From assembly GCA_963719085.1 (NCBI GenBank), contig CAVRAL010000004.1, forward strand, positions 1,152,001-1,216,000: a stretch of 64,000 bases of DNA, in the 5' to 3' direction. Position numbers and translations under genes: made by a program. The stretch is from a candidate division FCPU426 bacterium. Lineage in GTDB: Bacteria; Oederibacteriota; Muellerivitia; Muellerivitales; Muellerivitaceae. Under the pieces are notes generated by a model that saw only the letters and a list, made by a program, of their open reading frames with translations, searched no databases and was not told the DNA's origin. Positions 9,290 to 19,100 of this stretch are shown piece by piece (within the stretch, counting starts at the first letter, position 1; every line of letters begins with the position of its first letter).

Positions 9290-9670
9290 TTAAGGTTCCT
9301 TTTTCTTGAACCGCATGGCGGACCAGTCCTCGTTAAGCGAAACCAGCGATACCCCGTCCAGCCCATGTTTCGCCATCAAGGCGTGTCCCGTATCCCGGTT
9401 GTAATCCGACTTATATTTTTTGGAAGTTCCCTTCGGATAAGCTACCCAGAGCACGGTTTTTTCGTTCAATAACTTCGGCAGGATTTTCGCCAGTTTTTCC
9501 CCTTCGCCGAGCGATTTCACAAAACAAAGGGCGAAACCATATTGGCCCTGGGGCGCGGTATGGACCTTGACGCCAAAAGCTTTCGACAGGAGTTTGAGCT
9601 CGGCCGGCAGGCCCAAGAGCAAAACCGGTTGCTGACCTTTGAAAAAAAGCTTTTTGAGGATGGGGTTCAT
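9290..9670 (-). CDS. Conserved hypothetical protein (DUF3052-like)
   Basis: LWVAYPKGTSKKY..NRD and VSLNEDWSAMRF motifs. Confidence 0.7.
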   Translation of the reverse strand: MNPILKKLFFKGQQPVLLLGLPAELKLLSKAFGVKVHTAPQGQYGFALCFVKSLGEGEKLAKILPKLLNEKTVLWVAYPKGTSKKYKSDYNRDTGHALMAKHGLDGVSLVSLNEDWSAMRFKKKEP

Positions 9671-9749
9671 TATTCAACACATCCGATGTCCCATCGAGAG
9701 CCCTTGAATGGCTCAAACCCGATGGGATTTCGGGTGCTCCTTTTTCTTG

Positions 9750-9956
9750 TTATTCGACGCACCCAATAAAGTAATGGCATTGATAGCAGACGATCTTGCA
9801 TTTTTTGGTGACCATGGCGTGGCCGCATTGGGGGCAGGTGTAAAAGAGTTCCTCGGCTTCATTGACGATGACGTTATTTTTAACCATCCGGCCAAAGTCT
9901 AAAAGCGATGGCAAGGGCGTGATGATGGGTTTCAAGTCGGCGTTTTTTTCGTCCAT
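9750..9956 (-). CDS. Small Cys-rich CPxCG zinc-finger microprotein
   Basis: CPQCG..C..CYQC..C; canonical promoter immediately upstream. Confidence 0.65.
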   Translation of the reverse strand: MDEKNADLKPIITPLPSLLDFGRMVKNNVIVNEAEELFYTCPQCGHAMVTKKCKIVCYQCHYFIGCVE

Positions 9957-9962
9957 AAAACC

Positions 9963-9991
9963 AGCCTATCACGCCGCTTTTGTCGCCTCAA
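9963..9991 (-). promoter_or_regulatory. Sigma70-type promoter, probably giving a leaderless mRNA
   Basis: TTGAGG-N17-TAGGCT with TG extension, 6 nt before ATG 9956. Confidence 0.5.
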
Positions 9992-10093
9992 TGCCGATTT
10001 GTTCCCGCCGTTTGTGCTTGATTCAGGCCCTCGGGCGAATTAAATTACACCCCTGCTTTCAGTAGGTCTTCCTTAATTCAGCCTATTCCTGAT

Positions 10094-10168
10094 TGGGGCG
10101 TCGACAAGCGGTAAGTCACCAGATTTTGGATCTGGCATTCGTAGGTTCGAATCCTACCGCCCCAGCCA
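10094..10168 (+). tRNA. tRNA-Gln(UUG)
   Basis: Cloverleaf: TGGGGCG/CGCCCCA acceptor stem, CCAGA-TTTTGGA-TCTGG anticodon arm, GGTTCGAATCC T-loop, encoded CCA. Confidence 0.97.
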
Positions 10169-10208
10169 TTAAAGCCCATCCTCATAGAATTGAGGATGGG
10201 CTTTAATG
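10167..10208. terminator. Bidirectional terminator-like hairpin
   Basis: 18-bp perfect stem CATTAAAGCCCATCCTCA/TGAGGATGGGCTTTAATG between the convergent tRNA and OYE gene. Confidence 0.7.
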
Positions 10209-10247
10209 TTTGTGAGAGGCTGCTTTTTTTCATCCACACCGCGCTTC

Positions 10248-11348
10248 TTACCCCAAACGAGGGTAATCCGTATAGCCCTTCTCGTCGCCGCCGTAAAAAG
10301 TCGCGGGGTTGGGCGGATTGAGCCCTTCGACGGGGTTCAGGGTGCTGGCCGCTATGCGCTTGAACCGCTCGGGTAAATCGGGATTCGCCAAGAAGAGGGT
10401 CCCGTAGCACACCAAGTCGGCGCCGCCCTTTTCCACAATCGCTTCACCCGAGGCCAGGTCAAAGCCCTGGTTCACCATATAGGCTTGGTGGAAGACCGAA
10501 CGCAAGAGCGGCGTTAAGAGGGCGGTTCCGGCGGGGAGCTTTTTCGCGTCGGCGGGTCCTTCCTTCACGCAAAGATAGGCCAGCTTGCGCTTATCCAGTT
10601 CCTTCGCCAAGGCGGTGTAGGTTTCCACCGGATGGGCGTCGGACATGGAGTAGTAATCAAAATAAGGGGACACGCGGTATCCGACCCGCTCCGGGCCCCA
10701 GACACCGACGATGGCGTCGACGACTTCCAGGGGGAAGCGCAGGCGGTTTTCCAGGCTGCCGCCGTAAGCGTCGGCGCGGTGGTTGGAGCCGCTCTTGGTG
10801 AATTGTTCCAGCAGGTAGCCGTTGGCCCCGTGGATTTCCACGCCGTCAAAGCCCGCCGCCATGGCGTTTTCCGCGCCCTTTTTGAATTGGGCGACCACTT
10901 CGGGGATTTCCGAAAGTTCCAGGGCCCGGGGGGTCACAATATTTTTTTGTTCGCCTTGGGGCGTGTGCAGCTGCCCGGCCACGGGAAGCGCCGAGGCGGA
11001 TACGGGAAGTTTTCCGCCGTGATAGTCGGGAAGCGAGACCCGGCCCACATGCCAGAGCTGCAAAAATATTTTGCCGCCGGCTTGGTGGACCGCGTCGGTC
11101 ACCTTGATCCAGCCTTTGACCTGCTCGTCCGAATAGATGCCCGGGGTGTTGGGGTAGCCCTGGCCCATGGGAGTGACCTGGGTGGCTTCGGTCACGATGA
11201 GCCCGGCCGAGGCCCTTTGGGCGTAGTAAACGGCCGCCAGGGGGTTGGGCACATTGCCTTCCACGGCCCGGCAGCGCGTCAGCGCGGACATCGCCATTCG
11301 ATTGGATAATTCCATCGCGCCCAGCTTAAAAGGGGATAACAGTTTCAT
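10248..11348 (-). CDS. Alkene reductase (Old Yellow Enzyme, NemA-like)
   Basis: LTRCRA, YYAQRASAGLI, QLWHVGR, EIHGANGYL, ANPDLPER, GYTDYP; ATG 11348 with AGGAG SD. Confidence 0.93.
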   Translation of the reverse strand: MKLLSPFKLGAMELSNRMAMSALTRCRAVEGNVPNPLAAVYYAQRASAGLIVTEATQVTPMGQGYPNTPGIYSDEQVKGWIKVTDAVHQAGGKIFLQLWHVGRVSLPDYHGGKLPVSASALPVAGQLHTPQGEQKNIVTPRALELSEIPEVVAQFKKGAENAMAAGFDGVEIHGANGYLLEQFTKSGSNHRADAYGGSLENRLRFPLEVVDAIVGVWGPERVGYRVSPYFDYYSMSDAHPVETYTALAKELDKRKLAYLCVKEGPADAKKLPAGTALLTPLLRSVFHQAYMVNQGFDLASGEAIVEKGGADLVCYGTLFLANPDLPERFKRIAASTLNPVEGLNPPNPATFYGGDEKGYTDYPRLG

Positions 11349-11439
11349 GAAAGCTCCTAGGAGAAGAATGATTGAGAGGGCTTTTATACATCGATGATTC
11401 AAAGGATAGATAGCGGGGCAATAAAAAAAATAAAAGTGT

Positions 11440-11457
11440 GGTTACTTTCGGGTGACT
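11440..11457. promoter_or_regulatory. Possible HxlR-type operator upstream of the OYE gene
   Basis: Imperfect palindrome GGTTAC-N6-GTGACT. Confidence 0.3.
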
Positions 11458-11490
11458 GGTTGTTAGGGCGTCCATTTCGGACCAGGAAAT

Positions 11491-11523
11491 AAAAAAGCCC
11501 GCCCCGATACCGGGACGGGCTTT
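11491..11523 (-). terminator. Intrinsic terminator
   Basis: AAAGCCCGTCCCGG..CGGGGCGGGCTTTTTT on the minus strand. Confidence 0.7.
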
Positions 11524-11537
11524 AAGATCGCTGAAAA

Positions 11538-12005
11538 TCAGTTTGAAGCGTCGCTGTCCGCGTCAGCCGAGTCGTCCGCGCTGGGGGTGGAAGCGGCCCC
11601 CGCGCCGGGGGTGGCTGAAGGCGCCGCCCCGCCATGTTTGGCGGCGTAAATGGCTTTGGAATTGTCATTGAGCATTTGAACCAGCTGGGTGAGCTGGTCG
11701 TCGGTCAATTCCCTTTTGCCGTTTTGCTCGATATCGGTTTTTTTCTGGACATGGATCGCCTTGACCTGCTCCCATAAGGGCTTGGCTGATTCTTTGGTCA
11801 GGGTGCCGGCTTTGACCCCTTCCTTGATGCGGGCGCTTTGTTCCAGCAGGCGTTGATTGATCAATTTGACCCGGGGATCCGCGACGCCGTTGAGCCCAAC
11901 GGTCGATTCGGTCGCCGCCGGGGCGGGTGTGGCGTCCTGAGCCATGGCCATCGAACCGGATCCCGCCGCTAATAGGAACAAAAACAAACCTAAATATTTT
12001 CTCAT
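11538..12005 (-). CDS. Exported helical hypothetical protein
   Basis: Signal peptide ending AMA; GGAGG SD; GxLT repeats. Confidence 0.75.
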   Translation of the reverse strand: MRKYLGLFLFLLAAGSGSMAMAQDATPAPAATESTVGLNGVADPRVKLINQRLLEQSARIKEGVKAGTLTKESAKPLWEQVKAIHVQKKTDIEQNGKRELTDDQLTQLVQMLNDNSKAIYAAKHGGAAPSATPGAGAASTPSADDSADADSDASN

Positions 12006-12059
12006 AAATCCTCCCTCATTTTTAACGGCTCTTGAAAAAGCCGTTTTTCGCGTCTGGAA

Positions 12060-12087
12060 TTAGACGGTCTGAGATGAGGAAAAGTTT
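12060..12087 (-). promoter_or_regulatory. ECF-sigma-type promoter
   Basis: AAACTT-N16-GTCTAA on the minus strand, about 55 nt before ATG 12005. Confidence 0.55.
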
Positions 12088-12118
12088 TTGGGAAAGGGTT
12101 TAAAACCCCGCGGGAGGG

Positions 12119-12481
12119 CTACGAAACCAGCGCGAAAGACAAATCGAGCATCTTTCGAATCAGGCTTGGAGGCAAAGACCCATCCAAAAGAACCGTATTC
12201 CAGTGTTTCTTATTCATGTGGTAGCCGGGTTCAATGGAATGGGGGTATTGTTTCCGGAGCGTGAGGGCCCAATGGGGGTCGCATTTGAGGTTGCTCGACC
12301 AGTGTGCGCCATCGGGCGAGAGCGTCGCGAACATCTTGCCCCTCTTGGTTTTATAAACGGCTACCTGTGGCCCAAAGGGAAAAGTTTCCCGGGCTCCGGG
12401 TTTTGAGAGAAAAAGCTTCCGGTATTTGCGGAAGGGCCTTCCCGTGAATAAAGGCGCTGAGATCGGTTCTTTTCGCGTCAT
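12119..12481 (-). CDS. MmcQ/YjbR family DNA-binding protein
   Basis: TFPFGP, KMFA, NLKCDP, PGYHMNKKHWNTV. Confidence 0.93.
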   Translation of the reverse strand: MTRKEPISAPLFTGRPFRKYRKLFLSKPGARETFPFGPQVAVYKTKRGKMFATLSPDGAHWSSNLKCDPHWALTLRKQYPHSIEPGYHMNKKHWNTVLLDGSLPPSLIRKMLDLSFALVS

Positions 12482-12501
12482 AAACTCCTTGAGGGGGACG
12501 G

Positions 12502-13347
12502 CTAAAAATCCAACAGTTCACCGACCCGAGGTGACCAATCCACGCGTACATAGGTGATCCGGTCCAATGGTTCGCCGACCAGTCTGGCGCGCTTGTCGTT
12601 TTTTTTCGCTAAAGCGAGATTTTTCCCGGGGACGCCGTCCTCGTCGAAAAAATTGACGGACCAATTCAAAAGAAAGGTTTTTTGATCCGGTGTTTCCACC
12701 GCGGTGGGCGCGCTGCCGGGTTTGGTTTCGCGGGAAAGACAGGAGGATCGGCGAACGAACCGGGGAAGGGCGAAATCCGAGGGCTCAAGTTCGGCGATTT
12801 CGTCCGGCCATACCAGGCTTCCCGGGTCCTCAGCCAAGGGCGGCTCGGAGCTGAAAACAATTAAACAGCGGTCGATCTTTTTTCCCTGGCGGGTTTGAAT
12901 CCGGCAGGGCACCTCGGCGTATTGAGGATCATTTGAAAGTTGATGGGCGGGGGTGGCTCCAATGAGCTTGGCCTTAAGCCAATGGGAATCCGACAGCGTT
13001 TGAGGTGAGGCGCCCCAACGTTCCAGCAAGCCGGCTTTCTCAGGCGAAACGACGGTCATCAGTTCGCCCGCGGCGTCCAGGTACCAGGCTTGGGCGCATC
13101 GCGGGCATTGATAAAGCGAGCCCCGCCGAAAGGCCTTTTTTCTTAAAAGCGTCCGGGTATAGCGGCCCCAATCGCCTTGGGGTTCGGATAAGGCCAGCTG
13201 CCAATTGAATTGAATGGTTTGCCAGCCGCCATCGCAAGCGGGACAGGCTCCGGGAGTCCTGTCGCCGGTTTTGGTTTCGGGGATCGAAGGCCGTTTGTCG
13301 AAGCGCAAAGTTTTTCCTTTTTTAAGAAACGGCGGAAGCGTCCCCAT
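12502..13347 (-). CDS. Hypothetical protein with two CxxC motifs
   Basis: 281-aa ORF; CPAC and CPRC. Confidence 0.6.
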   Translation of the reverse strand: MGTLPPFLKKGKTLRFDKRPSIPETKTGDRTPGACPACDGGWQTIQFNWQLALSEPQGDWGRYTRTLLRKKAFRRGSLYQCPRCAQAWYLDAAGELMTVVSPEKAGLLERWGASPQTLSDSHWLKAKLIGATPAHQLSNDPQYAEVPCRIQTRQGKKIDRCLIVFSSEPPLAEDPGSLVWPDEIAELEPSDFALPRFVRRSSCLSRETKPGSAPTAVETPDQKTFLLNWSVNFFDEDGVPGKNLALAKKNDKRARLVGEPLDRITYVRVDWSPRVGELLDF

Positions 13348-13542
13348 TCTTTCACCGGTGGGGCCCGGGGAAAATCAAAAAAATAAGTAAATCGGTCAAC
13401 CCGGATTCTTTTAACGAAAAACCTGCCCTGGTTTTGGCGACCTTGAGTGGTGGTTTGGCGGAAATTTGGTAATCTTAATGGGGGTCAAGGCTTTATCTCG
13501 GCGCCCGGCGAAATTTTTCATTACGACAAGAATAAGGACTCC

Positions 13543-14016
13543 ATGAGCGAACGGACGGGTTGGCTGGAAAAATGGGTGGGTGGCCGGGTCGCTTCGATCG
13601 TGGAAGTGAAATATCACCGGGTTCAAGTCAAAAAAACACGCCGCAAAAAAGCCGGCGGCCCCCTGCCCGCGGAGCGCCAAGCCGAGCATTATTACATCCT
13701 CGATAAAAAGGTCCATTTGGGCCACCTGACCCTCACGGGGAACAGCGTTTTTGGGAAGAATGAGTTGTTGGAAGTGGGCCTGCCCGTACCCCAGTTTCAA
13801 ACCCAGCTGAGGCTTTTAGGCAAAGCCGTCGACACCACGACCTTTCTGGAACATAAGCGGGTGGTTTTTCGGGCCCAGGTCCATTTTTCCGCGGTGAACA
13901 AGGAGGATTTTCAACGATTAGTCGCCATGGCGGAACGCCGCTTGAAATTGATGGGTCCGCCTCCAACCCTTTCCCAGCATCCCGCCCACCGAAAGATGAC
14001 CTTCCAGAGGACCTGA
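13543..14016 (+). CDS. Hypothetical protein, possibly a degenerate PilZ-like domain
   Basis: AAGGA SD before ATG 13543; C-terminal GKAV..QVHF..EDFQRL pattern. Confidence 0.5.
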   Translation: MSERTGWLEKWVGGRVASIVEVKYHRVQVKKTRRKKAGGPLPAERQAEHYYILDKKVHLGHLTLTGNSVFGKNELLEVGLPVPQFQTQLRLLGKAVDTTTFLEHKRVVFRAQVHFSAVNKEDFQRLVAMAERRLKLMGPPPTLSQHPAHRKMTFQRT

Positions 14017-14045
14017 TTTTCCGATCCATGTTAAAATCCGGCCCT

Positions 14046-14624
14046 ATGCCAGCTTCCGCCCCCATTCCGGTTTTTACCGACCTTCAGGTTCAACAAGCGG
14101 TTGAAAAAATCGCGCTGGAAACCGCCGCTTGGCTGGAAAATGTCTCGTCCCCCCAATTAAATCTTTTATCCATCCTGGAAGGCGCCCGGCCCCTGGCCCG
14201 GGACCTGACCCGAAACCTTCAGCGCTTGAACCCCGCGATTAAGATTCAACAACATTCCATCCGGGTCCGGGCCACGGAAGGCTCCCAGCTGATGGAAAGT
14301 CGGAAATTTTTGGACGAGGGCGTGGAATGGGACGCTTTAAGCCGATCCCCGGTTTTGATTGTGGATGATCTTTTGGATTCGGGTAAAACGCTTCAAACCG
14401 TCGGCCAAAAGATCGGGACGCGCGCGGAGTTTAAAACGGCCGTGTTGATTCAAAAATATTCCGAGGCCCCCGTGCGGGCGGACTTTCGGGGGCTTCAACT
14501 GGGACTGCGCCGGGAGGATTTGGCGGCCAAGGGTTTGAGGGATTATTGGCTTTACGGTTATGGAATGGATTTGGACGGGAAATTCCGGGATTTAAATTAC
14601 GTGGCTTGGGTGGAAGTGCGGTGA
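14046..14624 (+). CDS. Hypoxanthine-phosphoribosyltransferase-like type I PRTase
   Basis: LIVDDLLDSGKTL PRPP loop; WLYGYGMD. Confidence 0.8.
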   Translation: MPASAPIPVFTDLQVQQAVEKIALETAAWLENVSSPQLNLLSILEGARPLARDLTRNLQRLNPAIKIQQHSIRVRATEGSQLMESRKFLDEGVEWDALSRSPVLIVDDLLDSGKTLQTVGQKIGTRAEFKTAVLIQKYSEAPVRADFRGLQLGLRREDLAAKGLRDYWLYGYGMDLDGKFRDLNYVAWVEVR

Positions 14625-15838
14625 GCGGCGAAACCGAAGTTTTGGTGGTGGGGGCGGGGCCGACCGGGCTTACCGCCGCTGCGGCGTTGAGCCGTTGGGG
14701 CGTCAAGGCGCGCGTCATCGATCAAGCGCCGGCACCGAGCGATCAATCCAAGGCCCTCGGCGTTCAGCCCGGCACCCTGGAGTGCCTGCGGGATGTTTTT
14801 GGGGCGCGGCTCCCGGCCCAAATGATCCAAGAAGGTTTTCCCGTGAAGGCTTTTCATTTGCGGGTCGAGGGCCAAAGGACCCTGGACATCGACACCAGCG
14901 TCATTCCCAGCGCTTATAACTTCATCCTGGTTTTGGAGCAAAGTAAAACCGAGAGGCTTTTGGCCGAGGTCCTCAGCGGCGAATCCATTCCCGTGGAGCG
15001 CTCCCGCGCGCTTCTGGAAACCCGCGAGGAAGGGAACGGAGTGTTGTCCCGAACGCGAAAAAGCGATGGAACGGAAGAGGTGATCCGGTCCCAATTTGTG
15101 CTGGGCTGTGACGGCGCCCACAGCCTGGTACGGCATCAGGCGGGAATCGATTTTCAAGGAAAACCCTATTCGGCGGATTTCATCTTGGGCGATGTGCGGC
15201 TGGAATGGGCCTGCCCGGACGGGGAAATCCAAATTTTTTTGGGAAACCGGGGCGTGGCGGCGGCTTTTCCCATTAAGGGCGACCACCGGTTCCGCTTTAT
15301 TTTGATTCCGAAGGAAAAAACGGCGGTTGAATCCCTGGCGATTTCCCCGGAAGAATTTAACCGGACCGCCCGAGGCCTTTGTCCCCTGCCTTTGAAAATG
15401 CTGGAACCGATTTGGCTCACCCGGTTCCGGGTCCATCATCGGCGCGCGAAACGGTTTCAAAAAGGACGGCTTTTTCTTTTGGGGGACGCGGCGCATATCC
15501 ACAGTCCCATCGGGGGACAGGGCATGAACACGGGCATTCAGGACGCGGTGAACTTGAGTTTTAAAGTCGCCCGGGTTTTGCGCCACGGGGCGCCGCTGGA
15601 AAGCTTGAATGGGTACGAAGCCGAGCGGGTTCCGGTGGCGGACGCCATCCTAAAAAATACCGACGCCGCCACCCGGACGATTCTTTTGGGGGAGAATCCT
15701 TTTTTACAAAAGATGGCTTTTTATTTGGCGCCGCGATTGGGAAGGCTTCCATTTCTCCAAAAGAAAATACTGCGAGGTATTTCCCAGATTGAGGTGGCCC
15801 GCCGCGAGATCGCCCAACGCCGGCGGTTCAGCGAATAA
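14621..15838 (+). CDS. FAD-dependent monooxygenase
   Basis: VVGAGPTG, GCDGAHS, GDAAHIHSPIGGQGMNTGIQDA; GTGA overlap. Confidence 0.92.
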   Translation: MSGETEVLVVGAGPTGLTAAAALSRWGVKARVIDQAPAPSDQSKALGVQPGTLECLRDVFGARLPAQMIQEGFPVKAFHLRVEGQRTLDIDTSVIPSAYNFILVLEQSKTERLLAEVLSGESIPVERSRALLETREEGNGVLSRTRKSDGTEEVIRSQFVLGCDGAHSLVRHQAGIDFQGKPYSADFILGDVRLEWACPDGEIQIFLGNRGVAAAFPIKGDHRFRFILIPKEKTAVESLAISPEEFNRTARGLCPLPLKMLEPIWLTRFRVHHRRAKRFQKGRLFLLGDAAHIHSPIGGQGMNTGIQDAVNLSFKVARVLRHGAPLESLNGYEAERVPVADAILKNTDAATRTILLGENPFLQKMAFYLAPRLGRLPFLQKKILRGISQIEVARREIAQRRRFSE

Positions 15839-16125
15839 AAAGCCTCCGTGGCTTAGAGCGCCTGAACTCCCGGTTTATTCCCCAAAATAATTTCAAACGA
15901 GCCCGGGCGGGATTTGGGCTTTTTTATTAACACGTGAAATTGTCAAACAAGATCGATAAACCATTCGGGCGGTGAGCCGAAATCCTTTTCCCTAAATAGG
16001 CGCCAGTTTCATTGTCAGTGACCTGAAAGAGGGGTTAAATAGACGGCAAGGGTTAAAGGGCGGATAAATTCAAAAGTCCCGAAACCCAAATTTTCAACGG
16101 TCAGCTAAAATCGTTTGGAGCCGAG

Positions 16126-19100
16126 ATGCCTCTCGCGACTTTCCAACTTATTTTCCGCTGGGTCACTCGTTTTGGGGTGAACGTGCCGGCTATTGTCGTA
16201 TTTTTTTTCGTGGGGCTTCCTATTATTTCCCCGGTTGGGGCCACCATCACCGGACTCACGATTGTGTCCGTCAATCCCGCCGCCCCGGTTCCCGGAGCCG
16301 CCTTGACCGTGATCGGCAGTTATTGCGCCAGCTACAACGGGGAACCGGATGATTTATTCTTGGCCACTGAAAGCGCCTCCGCCTCGATCATTTCCTGCCC
16401 CAGCGTCACCCAGCAGTTTCTCGTGGATGTGAACGGCATCGGCCGCGATGAGAACGATCCTTGCGGCGGCAATCCCAGTTGTACCCAGGCCGGTTATCCC
16501 GTGACGAATATCAATACCACGCCGAACACGGGGGGCTGTACGGGAGGCACCTTTTTCAACGGCGTTACTTTCGTGGTCACGGTCCCCTCGAACCTCCAAT
16601 ATGGCACCGCTTACCATTTGGTTTTCTCCGGTAAAGACAACGGCTACCAATGCAGCGGGCCGGACCCGACCCTCCAACAACAAAATTATCCCTTTACCGT
16701 GTCCAGCCCCTTGGGGGGAAGTGTTTCCTTGAATAAAAGCGCCGAATCAACCGCGGGCGCCTTGCCGGGCGATCAAGGCGCTTTACCCGGCGATCTTATT
16801 TTATTCAGCATCAATTACACCTTCGTCAACCGTACGACGGACAGCATTTCGGATGTGCTGCCGCCCGGCGTGACGCTGGTCCAAGCGCAGCCGGCCCCGG
16901 CGGCGGAGGTGGGCAGTACGGTGACTTGGACCTTGCCCAACGCGAATCCCGAAATTCAGGGAAGCGTTTACGCGCTGGTTCGGGTCGACGCCAATACGCC
17001 GGCGGGCACTGTTTTTTCCAACACGGCCAGCTATTCCAGCAACAATGGAACGGGAACGAGCAACACGGTGATGGCCACGACCGGAACGCCCTTCACCCTC
17101 ACCAAAAGCGAGTCCTCCGCCGGGCCTTTGAATCCGGGGCAGGTCATCACCTATACGCTGGCCTACCAGTACAACGGTTCCAGCCTGAAGTTTTCCGATT
17201 CCTACGATTACGACTCGATCGGAAGCTCGCCCACCGGCGCCAATATCACGGGTTATGACGGAACCCAATATAGTACGAGCGCGGGAACCTGGATTGTGAC
17301 GGCCGGGTCGGGGGGCGATAATTATCTCCACGCCGATGGCGGGGGAAATTATCCCCAACTGCTGCGTACCAGCTCCGGGGGAACGACTTACTGCCCCTTC
17401 GGGGGCGGGGCGGTGTCGATCTATAAGGTTGAGGGCGACCTGGAAGTGGATCCCAATAACCCCTGCACCAAAGGCTGTGACGCCTCCATGGTGGCCTTCG
17501 CCGATTGCAACCAGAACGCCTATCTCATCAGCATCTCAGTCGATCCCTATCCATCCCACTTTTTCATCCAAAAAGTTTCCGGCGCCAATTACGTTTATGG
17601 CAACGGCAACGCGGCCAGCAGCTGGGTTTCCACCGGGCTTCCCGCGGGCCCGGGGGACAGCTACATCATCAACTCAGGGGAATTTTACACCGTGGACGCC
17701 ACGATCCAGCCCAATGGAACGGGCGGCGTGAGCTTTACCTTGTCGATTCATCCGACCAACCAAGCGGGAACCACCCTCACCTATTCACTCAACGACCCCA
17801 ACGCCACGGACCTGCCCTTTACGGCTTGCGGCTGCGGGGAAGTGGGATGGCAGGTGGATAACAGCATCGATGAATTCGCGAACCTCAAGGTTTTCTCCGC
17901 GGACAACCTGCTCAACGGGTCCCTCACCGATCCGATTCCCCCGGGCGTGACCTATCAGGGCTCCAGCACGGTCAACGCGGGAGCCCCGGTGATTCAATCC
18001 ACCGGCGCCAACGCCTTGACCTGGACCTATCCCAATATCCCGCCCCTGACGGGGACGAAGGCCATTACTTGGTGGGGAACGGTGGCCTGCACGGGCGCGC
18101 TGGGCGTGACCAACACGTCTTACTTCAACGCCGCCAATCTTTCGCTTCCGGTGACTTCCAACGCGGTGACGGCCTTAATCAACTGCCCCACCAACACGCC
18201 CACTCCCACGCCCACCGATACTCCCACGAATACCCCCACCCGCACGCCCACGCCCACCAATACGCCGACATGGACCCCCACCAATACCTTTACGCCCACC
18301 TGGACCCCGACCCCGACTCCCACGAATACCAACACGCCCACCCCGACTCCGACCAATACCTTTACCCCCACGCCCACCAATACCCCCACTTGGACCCCGA
18401 CCAATACTTGGACGCCCCTTTTCAGCCCCACCCCCACCAATACCTTTACGATCACGCCGACCTTCACGCCGACCAATACTTGGACTCCCACCGATACCAT
18501 TACGCCGACCGATACGCCCACGCCCACCAATACCCCAACGGATACTTTTACCATTACCCCGACGGTGTCGGTCACCAATACCTTTACCTTTACGCCCACC
18601 TTTACCCCGACGAATACTTGGACTCCGACGAACACCCCCTCACCGACCAATACCTGGACGCCGACTTTTACCGCGACCCCCACTCACACGCCGACGAACA
18701 CTTTCACGGTGACCTTTACCCCCACCTTTACCTTTACGCCGACCGCGACCCATACCGTGACCCCGACGCCAACCGTGACGCCGACTTCCACGGCGGTCGG
18801 CATCGTCATTCTGGTCGGCATTTACAACTCGGTGGGTGAGTTGATCGAGCAGTTTCCCGAACAGACGCTGCCCAACGGGGTTCAGGTTTTTTCCTTGAGC
18901 CCCAACGCGGAGATCACCAGCCTTAACGGCGGAGTCACCATCATGGTGCAGGGGAATCCCGTCGCTTCTTGGAACGGAACCAACCCCAATGGCACGCCGG
19001 TGATAAACGGCCAATACTATATTAAGGTGGACAGCGTGGATAACGGGTCCGTGAACAGCGTCACCCAGCCGGTCATCGTGAACCGGGATCTGAAACATTT

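Noticed and set aside
10094..10250. Prophage/ICE integrated at tRNA-Gln
   Set aside because: No integrase or phage genes, and I saw no duplicated tRNA 3' end in the window
13455..13472. Second sigma54 promoter (TTGGCGGAAATTTGGT)
   Set aside because: Wrong spacing and no GC at -12
18069..18839. His-rich (+) and Val/Gly-rich (-) ORFs, or a CRISPR-like array
   Set aside because: Alternative frames of the in-frame Thr/Pro repeat; no constant repeat with unique spacers
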